Source: the human T2T-CHM13v2.0 reference genome, Homo sapiens. From it: a DNA stretch of 64,000 bases. The stretch is from assembly GCF_009914755.1 (NCBI RefSeq), contig NC_060925.1; one strand, given 5' to 3'. The stretch's first letter is position 1, and each line of letters opens with the position of its first letter. Positions 31,338 through 43,400 of the stretch are shown piece after piece. Both the position numbers and the translations under genes were made by a program. The notes below the pieces were generated by a model. It was not told the DNA's origin. It ran no database searches and saw only the letters and a list, made by a program, of their open reading frames with translations.

Positions 31338-32869
31338 ATGTTCTCACAGCCTTGTTTATAGTAAAGGTGAATGACATGATTCCACTTTACACGATAATGA
31401 AAAAACTCAATGAGGACTCCATCAGCCAAGCGGTTTATATGGCAGATGAGCTGCTACAAATCTGTTGTGTGCTCGCCGCGTGACTCAGCTAATGCTACCG
31501 GGGTTGGAGCGCACACCGAGCCCAGCCACCTTTTCCATACCTGGCAGAGGGAAGGGAGTGGAAGGACCAGAAGGGAGTAAGAATCAGGAAAGGAACAGTT
31601 TATTGAAAGGACCCAGAGCCCAACCTAGGAAGGCCAGTGGCCCCATCCTGAAATCTCTCATCTTGGTCCACAGCATCTTGTGGAGTCCTGAGAGGCCACG
31701 GGGACAGGAAGGCATCCCTGCTCTTGGCTTCTTCCTCCACCATCTCATGCCGAGTGGCATGGTGGGACAGGCTCTCAGTGCCAGGGAGACTTTGCCACCT
31801 CTCTTGCTTCTAACCCAAAGGGATGCAGATTTAAAGAGGCCTGACACTTGGAAGAGTGAAGGGTGGCCTGGGATGGAAAACTGTGATGCCTCTGCCTTGC
31901 ATGGAAGTGGGTGCAGACAGGGTCAGGAGAACTCTGGACATCCTTGTTGCTGGGAGACCACCCTGCCTCTGCATTTGCTACTCATCCCTTCTCTGATCCA
32001 CGGAGAAGTAGACACCATGTTAGCGGCTGGTCTCTCCCACCTGCTCCTTCTTCTTCAGTCTTCCCCATTTTGCCCTCACCCAGCTCTCAGCACAGTTAAG
32101 TTCACGGCTTTCCCTCACAGCAGAGCCAGCTGAGCTGCTCAGCTCAAGTGCCCAGGGCCTGCACCCAGAGGCTGGGCCCGCAGCCTGCGCAGAACACTCT
32201 TTCACAGCTTTGGTTTATTCAGAGCAGCAGTTCTGGGGAAAGCACCGGAGATTAAAATCAACTAGGACCTTCCCAGCTGCCCACCCAACGTGGGACCAAA
32301 GAGGGAATGGTGAGGGCTTGGAAAGGCCTCACAGATCTTGATACCCCCAGGACGTGACACTCTCCACTGAGAAATTTGGAAGTTGTGTTACTACTATTAT
32401 TATTACCACGACGCTCTTCACTCACCACTTGAGTGGGGGTTCCAACTACCTTGTCACGTGGCCTTGGGTACAGAGACACAGCCTAATGCAAAAATGGCCA
32501 AACACAAGGGCGCAGGAAAACAGACAGGGGAAACAGTCTAGGAGACAAGCTTGGAGGAGACAGGACTCAGAAAGCATGGCAGAGCGTCTTTCGATCAAGG
32601 GTCCCTTCAGCTACCACCTTCGGCATGGCCGCTGCCCAGCAATGCACTCAGCTTGGGCCAAAACACCTTTATCTCAAAGGAGAAAGTCAGACGCAGAGGG
32701 CATAGAGGCAGCCATCCCGAGTCAGGCTGCAGGGCTGGCCAGGTTCCTCGGTATCTACGTGCTTGCATGTGGAGATACACCAGCCCCCTTGGCCCACACA
32801 GCTGTGTCTCCCCCCTCCCCCAGCCCCCCCCCCCCCCCCGCGCTGTGTTCCTCCTCACTCCTTAGACTC

Positions 32870-33225
32870 AATGCTTCCTAAGTTCAGCTGCACATTGGAA
32901 TCACCTGTGGAGCTTTAAAAATGACTGATGCCTGGGTCTCTAACAAAAGCTTCTGATTTGGCTGTTCTGGGGTGGGACCTGGACATCTGGGTTTTAAAAA
33001 CTCCCTAGGTGATTCTAAGGAGCAGCCAAGGTCGTGAGACTCTGTCTAAGAGTCCAAGTCCACAGGCCACTAGCCATCTAGGAACTTATTAAAAATGTGG
33101 ATTTCTGGGCCCCATCTCAGGTCTATCAGATCAGCATCTCTGGGTGTGCACCTGGGAATTAGCACGTGTCACAGGCTTTCCAGGTGATTCCTGTGCATGC
33201 TCAAGTTTAATGAGAAGGACTGCCT
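32870..33225. mobile_element. Two adjacent MER5-family (hAT-Charlie) elements
   Basis: gctgcacattggaatcacctg…ggtgattctaag and ctgggccccatctcaggtcta…ccaggtgattcctgtgcatgctcaagttt. Confidence 0.75.
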
Positions 33226-36200
33226 CAGAGGATTCTTCCTCACCCCAGAGGTGCCCAAGGCCATGAATGGTTGATACTGACAGTATTCTATTTAGTTTGC
33301 CAAGGGCAATGACGAATCTCACACCAGCCCCCAAACAAGTTAGCCCTCCAGTGGGGCAAGATCACTCAGGGATGGAGAGCAATTCTAGAAGTCACAGCTC
33401 TGCCTAGACTTGCCTGGACTTGCCCTGCCCTGGCTTGCCTGGAGCCTGCATAGGCCCAGGACTGAGCAAGCCTCAAGTCCAGAAGGCAAGTCCACAGCAC
33501 AGGCTCGGCTTGAGGAGCCAAGGAAGACAGGAAATAAATGGAAGTGATACCCAAGGACATGGGCTTGCGGAAGAGGCAATGGGAGAGAGGGCAGGACTGG
33601 GAAACATGGAAGCTCAGGGATGAGGTATGCTTGGATATTGCTCTAGATGTTGTAAACATTTCTCTTTGTTTCATCACAGACCAAAATCTGGGTTGGCACG
33701 ACCAGAGTGCCTGAAAGTAGGCATCAGAGTGGAGAGCTCTGTGCCTCTTGTGGGAAGCAGGGCATACAAGGTATGAGGAAAGCTCCACCCCACGGGAAGA
33801 TCATGTCTGCCGTGTACTAGTCTAATGCTCACAGTTGTCACACACACACAAACACACAGAGACACTCCACAGGAGTACCATAAATTTAGCTATCACGTTC
33901 CTCTACACATGGACACATGCCCACATACCCTTGCTTAGCTGCAAAATTCAGGATCCCCAAGCTTGGTCTTTCACACCTCCCCATTGTGGGAGGAAGTCAC
34001 CAGGGCGCCATGACACCACCATCTGCAGCCTTCGTTTCCTCAATAGTTGGCAAGAACTCTAGGCCTCTCTATGAGGCCATCGCACGACACTCTTGTTCAG
34101 GCTTTTCTCCTTGGAATAGTGGAAGTGGAGAAAAATCCCCTTTCAGAATGTTTCACATTTCTATAACTCTGTGCAGTTCTAATTTATATGCACCTCATAT
34201 TCGACAGTAGAGTTGGCAGCAGATGCACATTTCATATGTAAACAATGTTTAAAATACCCTGTTAGAGAATTTAATCATTAAATTAATTCTGGCAGCTTTA
34301 TCTAAGAAAGAATGATTTGTTTTTTTAACCACGGTTGGGAGGATACTACCTGATCTAACTAGGAACACCCATTTGAGGCTTTGGAGTTCTCAAACACAAA
34401 ATTCCACAGGTCTTTTCGGTGTCTGTGAGGGCTAGGAGACATGTGTTCTTCTCTCCCCTTGAGGTTCACACAGTCACACCCACCCTCACTCACAGATAAC
34501 AATGTGCTGTAGCAGTGCAGTGGCCCTAGCACTAGTGGGACTCAAGGGCTTTCTTGGCCTGGTCTAGCTATAGCTAAAAAAGGAAGAGATTCTCAAAGTT
34601 ACTGGAGAGGAACACAAGCACTAGAACGCCACCAGCATAACGTTAAAAGGCCCCTCACCCCTTAAAAGGAAAATGGTTCAGCCCAGTTCTCAATCATCTG
34701 CACTCCAGAGCTTATGCCTAATCATGTGCTGTTCCACTTAGTCAAGCTGAACGTTTTGTAGATCTGCAATGAATCCAAATCCACTGGTCGTGAATTATTC
34801 CAATAGTAACTCCACTCTGTTATCCTCTCCACCTGGAAACCAGCCTCTTACATGCCCCTCTTTCACTTTCCGGTCTCTCTGCTAAAGGTTCATCTCCTGG
34901 GCACTAGTCTTGTGCCAAAGTCAGCTTTTTCCTGGGTGGCTAGAGTAGGTTCCAGGCTGCTCACTCATCCTCCAAGGAAGAATTGCCTGACACATTTCCA
35001 AGAGCAGCTGCAGGGTACCATGAAAGCATTTTAGGAAGGTTGTCCACGTCCAGATGTTCACAGTGATCTTCTTAGCCACACCTCCTATTTCATGCTCAAT
35101 TCCAAAAGGTCAAAGATCAAGAAAGAAGGTGCTTCATAGTATCCAAGAGAGAGATCTTTCTAAGAAAGCATTTTCCCAGGAAGTATGCTGGAAAGAGTTT
35201 CAGCCTAAATTCCCATTCTCCCCCATCATAATTACATGACCGGCATGGAAGGGGGGAGGTGGAGATACAGGGAAAGTATTAGGCACCATGGGAGCACTCC
35301 ATGCTATAGGAATTCACCTCCCTTTGCCAAGCTGTCATCCTAAGACATCAGTGATGTATGATGCTGCAGAGAGGTGAGGGCAGAGAAGACACTGAGCAAC
35401 AGACAGGTTACATGGTACCCCTTTGAATAGAAGTCTACTGGTGCTACTTGCCCTCGTCTCTTGACTTCTGGAAAAGTTCTTCGTAGAATTGAGGAAGATT
35501 TGCAAGCTGTATCTTTCTTAATGGCAGTTCCACTTCAGAAGTCATGAAGAACATCACCCAAGACTCTTTCTGGAAATGTAAGGTTAGGGTAGTCTTGTGA
35601 ATTTCCTAGGCCAAGATGGGAAGTAATCACAGTTTTTCACACTGGTCCAATGGAAATGGAAGAAACAAACAACTCCATGGATTTCACTCCTTCTCTGAGA
35701 GGTCACCTGTCAATGACAGAACTAGAAACCTGGAATTCCACAGAAACCTCTCTCCTAAGCTGTGAGATCCCAGTGAGCAGAGCTGGCCACTACAAATCAC
35801 AGAGTTGAGCCCAAGTCTTTCAGCTATTCCTCCCAGGGATTTACAACAAGTGGAGAGTCAGGAATCCTAACCGAGGAGGGTGTGGAGGTGGTGGGAATTG
35901 CATTTGCATTATTTACAGATTAGCCTAGCACAGCAAATCTGCCCTCTCAGCAGAGGTGACCCAAGGCATTATATGAAGGGCAAGTTGCTGACCCAGAAAA
36001 GGGTGACAGCGGCAAGGCGCTACCACTAACCAAAACACAAACATGGGTAAATGGAATAGAGTCCAAGCTCCGGCAGCTGGGTCATACTTTGGAATGGCCC
36101 TTCATTCCCTCCTCACCCCCAGCCTCCCACCCCCAATGCCACCGCTTTTGAACACCTATGACATTTCACATTAGAATATGATCTTGGCAGCAAGTGGAGG

Positions 36201-36237
36201 GGAAAGCCGGTGATTTCCAGGAGTTCCCTTCTGAGGT

Positions 36238-36420
36238 CTAACTGAGCCTCCTCTGGCTTTGGGACAGCAGATCTAAGTACATTTTGGACCTCAGGAACCT
36301 GGGGTAAGAGTCTTTCTCCATGAGGCTGTGTACTTTTCCTTGGGCTTGGTCAAAGCAAGTCAGGGATGGCTCCTGCAGGTTCTTCCTCGTGGCTTCTCGG
36401 GTCTGGAAGTCAATGTTTAC
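36238..36420 (-). CDS. RGS8: RGS8 last coding exon ([60 protein letters not shown])
   Basis: AG acceptor at 36422-36421, 183 nt, phase 0, RGS-domain C-terminal motif [13 protein letters not shown] stop. Confidence 0.98.
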   Translation of the reverse strand, partial: VNIDFQTREATRKNLQEPSLTCFDQAQGKVHSLMEKDSYPRFLRSKMYLDLLSQSQRRLS

Positions 36421-37639
36421 CTAGAGATACAAACAGAGAGCAAGGTCACAGGCCCTCAAGGGCCAAGGTTTCTGGCAGCTGGCCCTAACTATGCAATAAT
36501 TATGAATGACAGCATCTACATATTTAAGGTGATTTCTGCTTTTCAAATTGCTTCCATGGAGGTCATCCCTTTTGATCACAGCAAGAATCCTGTGGGGTCT
36601 GAAGACCAGATATTCTCAGTCCCAATTTATAGACAACAATACTGGAAAGAAGAGACTAAAAAGCTTGTTTAAAGTAGTATGGAAAGTTAGTAACAGAGCC
36701 AAGGCAAAATCCCAAATTACTTGAATCCCTAATCCAGGGACCTTCACCATGGCAGGCAAAGGGATAGATCCAAGCCAGTTGCTAACGCAAGTCCCCTGAA
36801 GTAAGCTTTCTGTCCTCTCCTTTCTTGTCTACTAAGGAAACAAATGCCCTGTGGAGGGAGGCCCTGGTTAGAATGCACATCTGTGTTCCAAACAGCATTA
36901 TAAAGGGCCTGTAGCATCCTAGCCAACTGGTAAAGACTTCTCGCATCCCAAGTCAAAGCATAATTGAAGGAATCTAAAAATGCAATGCACTTAAACTTGT
37001 AGCAAACATTTTTCTTCATTTAAACCCTCCCCTCCCAAGTGAAATTCTGTATTATAACTCACAACAGCAGTATAATAGAAATTCATCCTATTATTACAAA
37101 TAAGTATAATTAAATAATGTAAATAATTGTAATTACTCATTAATGAGCAGTGGCAAATACTGAACAGGTGCTTTATCTCTCATGTTCTGAAAAGTAGGTA
37201 CGCTTTTACATTGGGGAAATTGAGACCCAGAGAGGTTTAGTAACTTGACCAAGATCTCATAGCTAGTAAGTGGTGGAGCTAAAATTGAAACAAGATTTCA
37301 AAGCAGATCCACATTTCATTAAGCTATGCTGCTTTCCATCAGGAAAATGAACATAGACTCGGTAGCACTTATTCTTGCAAAATCTCTGTAGCAACACAGT
37401 TCCTGCTAGCACATGTTTAACTGACAGATAACTAAAACACTCCTAATGGAGCTCCTTTGATGGAAACCCTGGGTTTCAGTTTCTTAAAAATGATCCTTTT
37501 TTCATCAAGGGCCACCAGAGTGATGAGGCTCAGTTTAGTATAAGAAAGTCCTCATCAAGCCTGGCTCAGATCCTCTCTGAGGAGAGAAATGCAAGCTAGG
37601 AGCCATGGATAGACAGGATGGTCGCCGCTGCCAACACAC

Positions 37640-37806
37640 CTCCCGTGGAGCCTGCACATCCACAAACTCCTCAAAGATCCTATGGGCCTTAGAGACCAGT
37701 TTTGCAGTTGACCTGGTCTTCTTGAACTCCTCACAGGCCAACCAGAATTCCAGGTTCTCCTCACTGAACTCCGTCTTCAAGAAGGCACGGAATGCAGCCA
37801 CCCCAT
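37640..37806 (-). CDS. RGS8: RGS8 coding exon ([30 protein letters not shown]…DVQAPRE)
   Basis: cag|AT acceptor, GAG|gtgtgt donor, 167 nt, RGS core motif [17 protein letters not shown]. Confidence 0.98.
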
Positions 37807-37955
37807 CTGCGGATGTGGGAGGAAGAAAAGAAGAGAGATAGGAAGCAGCTTAAGTTTAAGAACTGTAGAAGAAAGAAAGGAAGTAATAGTGTGAGGGTGC
37901 CCCTAATTGTCCAAGCTCACTGCTCCTCCACACCCTCTTGAAGACCCCATTCTCA

Positions 37956-38266
<311 letters not shown>

Positions 38267-38320
38267 TTAGACACAAAAGTGTCCTCAGAGGCAAGCCATG
38301 CTTCATATTCAAGAGTCATA

Positions 38321-38616
38321 GGGCTGGACGCAGTGTCTCATGCCTGTAATCCCAGCACTTTGGGAGGCAGAGGCAGGTGGATCATCTGAGGTCAGGAGTT
38401 CGAGACCAGCCTGGCCAACATGGCAAAACGTCATCTCTACTAAATACAAAGAATTAGCTGGGTGTGGTGGTGCATGCTTGTAATTCCAGCTACTTGGGAA
38501 GCTGAGGTGGGAGAATTGCTTGAACCTGGGGGTCAGAGGTTGCAGTGAGCCGAGATCACGCCACTACACTCCAGCCTGGGCGACAAGACCAAAAATACGT
38601 CTCATAAAAAAAAAAT
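38321..38616 (+). mobile_element. AluSx-like
   Basis: Full dimer, TSD agagtcatag. Confidence 0.95.
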
Positions 38617-39376
38617 AGAGTCATAGTAATATTACGAAGCCACATTTAGGAAGTTGTAGTAATATATTTGGGGCACAGGTGTCTCTATCCCCTGGGTCTA
38701 CTGGTGAGCTATGTTGCTATTTAATAATTTGGTCAAATTATTTGTTCTCTAACCTAATCCAAGTCAACCACCCTGAGGAAACACACAACTTGTTACAAGA
38801 TGAACTAGAGGGAAGTGTGAATGTCTCATCCTTTGCTACTACCAAAAAAAATCTGAAAGTAAACTACCCACTGAAATGCAGTCGGCAGTTTCATTCTGTT
38901 ACCTGGACGGGGTTGCAAGCCTCTTTTAAAAAAAACCTTTGAGGTGCTGTATTTTGACCTTTTATTCCATGTGTCCTTTATTTTAAAAGATATTGCCTAT
39001 CAAATTATGTTTTAATTAAGATTGATCATAATTTTTCTGCCAAGTGATTTAACAAATTAATATGGCTTTTCATTTTTATTAATCAATGTCATACATATTG
39101 TCAAGCAGTGCTTCCAACCAACACAAGATGAGCAGGGTTACCATGTCAAGTTAGAAAGGGAAATCACATTTATTGATAGCTTATGCATCCAGTTAATGTT
39201 TTTATTTAAAAATATTTTTTATTAGTTATTTCAACCTCAACACACTCCCTTTAATCAAATAACAGCTATAGTTTTCTATAAACTGTCCTCAGGGGAAGGG
39301 CACATACAACCTAGAATAAAGAAGTGTTCTACTGGTTATAAAAGACCCCGGCAATAATCTTTTATTTCTTTTCTAA

Positions 39377-39712
<336 letters not shown>

Positions 39713-40082
39713 AACAACTCTTAATTCTAGGTGACAGGATGACCTGGGCATCTGACGTCCACCACTATCCACCAGGACCGTGCACTGGCCAGGGTCATTT
39801 GATGGATTGCTGGTGCCATGCTGTTGATATATTCAATGCTTACTTTTACTTTCTTGAAATGTTTTCATTTCTCTGAATAAAAAAGTCATTGTATATCTTT
39901 GTCTTTCAAAATACATATTTTAATGTCTATACTAGAACAGTATCAAAAAAGCCACATCTTTACTTGCAAGAGCCAGGAACTTAAGAGAAAGGTTTCCGGG
40001 TGACTCCCAACACTAAGCTTGAAGTCACAAGGAGATTTAAGTTTGGAAGCCTGAGCTTAAAGTCATTTTAAAAAGTAGGAAT

Positions 40083-40291
40083 GGCCGGGTGCAGTTGTTC
40101 ATACCTGTAGTCTCAACATTTGGGAGGCTGAGGTGAACAGACTGCTTGAGCCCAGGAGTTCGAGACCAGCCTGGGCAACATGGCAAAACCCTATCTCTAC
40201 AAAAAATACAAAAATTAGCCAGCTGTGGTGGCATGTGTCCAGCGATTCGGGAAGTTGAGGTGGGAGGATCACCTGAACCCTAGAGGTTGAG
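40083..40291 (+). mobile_element. AluJ, 3'-truncated
   Basis: ggccgggtgcag…gcttgagcccaggagttcgagacc; right arm incomplete. Confidence 0.85.
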
Positions 40292-40728
40292 ACTTATCCA
40301 AGTCAGGTCATGTTGAGAGTGAAGGCTGCATTACTGTTAATTACATGCAGACAATAATTATAAACCATGACCACCACAGGCAAAACCCAGGACACATGAT
40401 TACCTTAACTCTAAACCACAAAGCATAGAGAAAGTAGAATATAATGTAAGGTTACTTCCTGTCAGGCAGGTGGAAAATAAAATTTTCCTGTATCAAAAAA
40501 GAAGATGAGAGTAACGTAATTTAGACTCAAATGAGAGGTCTGCTCAGGGCACCTCCTGCTCCCATTCCTACATTGGATTCAAAACTCTGGAGGAAGGGAA
40601 TAGAAACCCGAGATAAACTGAAAATCAAAATGAAACAATGACACGGCAATGTTTAGGCAGAGATGGACTGAGAATCATTCGTTCAATTCAGCCATGTCTT
40701 TTAAAACAACTACTAATGTAACAAAGTA

Positions 40729-41103
40729 CAGATGCTTCTGAACTTATGATGGAGGTATGTCCTGAAAAACCCATCATAGATTGAAAATACCAAGAGTCAA
40801 AAATGCACTTAATAAACCTAACCTACTGAACATCACAGCTCAGCCGAGCCTACCCTAAATGTGCTCAGAACACTTTTGGTACAGTATTTAGTAAATTACA
40901 TGAGCTATTCAGCACTTTATTATAAAACAGACATTGTGTTAGATTATTTGGCCCAGCATTGCAAGAGAGTATCACATCACATATTGCTAGCCTGGGAAAA
41001 GATCCAAATGCAAAATTTGAAGTACTGTTTCCACTGAATATATATATCACTTTCACACCACCCTAAAGTCGAAAAATCATAAGTTGAACCATAGTAAGTC
41101 AGA
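40729..41103. mobile_element. Tigger3-family (TcMar) non-autonomous DNA transposon
   Basis: ta|cagatgcttctgaacttatgatgg…cctaacctactgaacatc…aaagtcgaaaaatcataagttgaaccatagtaagtc. Confidence 0.8.
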
Positions 41104-42089
41104 GAACAAAATCATAAAATCCTTGCCCATGAAATCTCTCAAGGAAACTCTGTCACCCCTCCCTCACTCTGTCCTCTCCATGGAGAAGATCCAGAAGTCT
41201 CCACAGACTCTAGAGGGAACTCGGATTAGACAGCCAGCCTGCCTGCCAGGAGATCCCCACTGCTTATAGGAGGGACCCCTGAGGCAGAGGCTACAGGCAG
41301 AGGTTGGAGGGAAAAACAGCTGGAGCTGTGGAAGCCTCAGTGCTCTTGGAGGAGGTTTTCTCCTTGAAGGAGACCCAGTGCCCTTGAGAACTAAGTGAAG
41401 GGCTGGTTTAGCAAGGGGGGGACTCTGAGCAGTGACCAGTCCACGATTTCACTATCAATGGACACAGGGAGGACCTGAGGGTCCGTAGGCCAGAGGTTCC
41501 CTCTCTGCCTCCATCTTACCACATTTTCCACTGTATTCAGTGAATGAGGAGGAGAATGAGGGGGCCCTAAAAGACTGTGAATTTGTCTAAAAGAATAACT
41601 GGAAAGTGACTTGGAAAAGCAACTCAGAAGAGCCTGTTGTTGGTTTTAAACCAGAAGAGACTACATTCTTCTAATGGGAGAGTTTAAGGTTGTTTGTGTC
41701 AGATTTTAATTTTTAACCAAACAGAAACAGGTGCTTATGAGCAAGGTGAATGCAGTTATGAACAAGGAAAGAATATTATCTTTCTGCCTTCCTTCATGGT
41801 ACTTGTAAAGATAGCCTTGCTAAGGAAACTGTCTGGCCCTGTGCTAGATGAGGTACAGGCATCACCTCCTTAAATCCAGGTTTCAGCTCTGTTGGGTCTT
41901 TGTGCGGATGAGTAGAGATAACTTCTGCAAAGTGCTCCCAGGAGCCTTGCTTTACTTCTCATCTTACAGATGAGGAAACCAATGCTAAGAAAAGTGACTT
42001 GCCCGATTTCACATAGCTAACAATATGTAGCATTGAAAACTTCATATAAGGTATACTCACCTTCAATCCAACATAGCAATAATGTCATC

Positions 42090-43400
42090 TTCATTCATTC
42101 ATTCACTTGTTATGTGACTCAGGCTATGCTATGTGCTAAAAGCAGATATAATCGTGACTTCACAGAACATGCCGTCAAGGGGAAGTTTGAGCCAAGAAAA
42201 CATAATGATGATGATTATGATGTAGTGTGATAAGTTACATGATAGAGAAAGCAGAGGGGTCATGAAGGACCCAGGAGGGGTGCCTTTGCCGGCCCTGAGG
42301 AGGGAAGGGAAGAGCTGTGGGAGGAAGAGGCTTCTTAGCTGACATGGGAGGTAGAGGAGAGGGCAGCTAAGCAAGGGAAGGAAGGAGAGGAAGGAGAAGA
42401 GAATTTCAGCAAGAGGGAACCACAGGAATGAAGGCCTAGAATTAAGAAAGTTTACTTGAGTAATTGGAAGTAGTTCATTAAGACAAGCATTTAATAGTAA
42501 TACAGCTGAAAATGACTAGACCTGCTTATAGGATAGCATACACCAAGAGGCCTGTGAAAGAGCCAGAAAGACAGAAGAATTTTGCAGCACTACAAAAGAC
42601 CAGGAAGAGATTATTTCAAGAAGGAAGTGGTCACTGTGTCTAGTGCTGCCCAGAGGTCAAGCTAGATACAGTCTGAGAAGCAGTCAGTAGATTCAGCAAG
42701 CGTTGGCAGGAAGAGTTTTCATGGTGTGATGGGGTTCTAGGTGTCCCATGGTATGTACGGTGGTGAATGAGACTGAATGAAGTGGAAACAGTCATTCAGA
42801 TGATGCCTGCAACAAATTTGGTAGAGAAAAAAGTAGAGAAATAAGACAGCATAGCTGGAAGGAAACATGAAGCGAGGAAAGAGATTTTTTTTTTTTTTTA
42901 AGATAGACTTGGGTAGGGCCAGGCGCAGTTGCTCACACCTGTAATCCCAGCACTTTGGGAGGCCGAGGAGAGCAGATTATGAGGTCAGGAGTTCGAGACC
43001 AGCCTGACCAACATGGTGAAACCCCATCTCTACTAAAAATACAAAAATTAGCCAGGTGCAGTGGCATGCGCCTGTAATCCCAGCTACTCAGGAGGCTGAG
43101 GCAGGAGAATTGCTTGAATCTGGGAGGTGGAGGTCGCAGTAAGCCAAGATCGCACCACTGCATTCCAGCCCGGGCAACAGAGCCAGACTCTGTCTCAAAA
43201 ATAAAAAAATAAAAATAAAAGAGATAGACTTGGGTATGTGTAAATGTTGATCTGATCAGAAAAGACCAGTTGAGCAGCAGGAGCTGAAGTTCAAGAAAAG
43301 AATCTAACTGACAAAATGTTGCACCCAGGAAGGTAGAAGAAATAGGATGAGGAGCAAAAAGAGGAGCTATGTATGAATACAGGAAAGTTTCTCATTTCAG
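42090..43400 (-). mobile_element. Degenerate L2 fragments interrupted by an Alu
   Basis: cattcattcattcac terminus and purine-rich L2-like text (gctgcccagaggtcaagctagat). Approximate. Confidence 0.45.
42917..43220 (+). mobile_element. AluS
   Basis: Full dimer, TSD agatagacttgggta. Confidence 0.95.

Larger units (their letters stand above)
31310..36237 (-). other. RGS8: RGS8 long 3'UTR (distal end inferred)
   Basis: Follows the TAG at 36240-36238. Alu-free for about 5 kb down to the AATAAA at 31337-31332. End position inferred. Confidence 0.6.

Noticed and set aside
31465-32133. 222-aa plus-strand ORF, the longest in the window
   Set aside because: Starts at TTG, lies antisense within the RGS8 3'UTR, and shows no recognisable domain or splice structure. 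Plausibly chance in GC-rich sequence.
37535-37801. 88-aa ORF called as a stand-alone protein
   Set aside because: It is an internal RGS8 exon (37640-37806) read on into the intron; the 'M' is a GTG valine codon.
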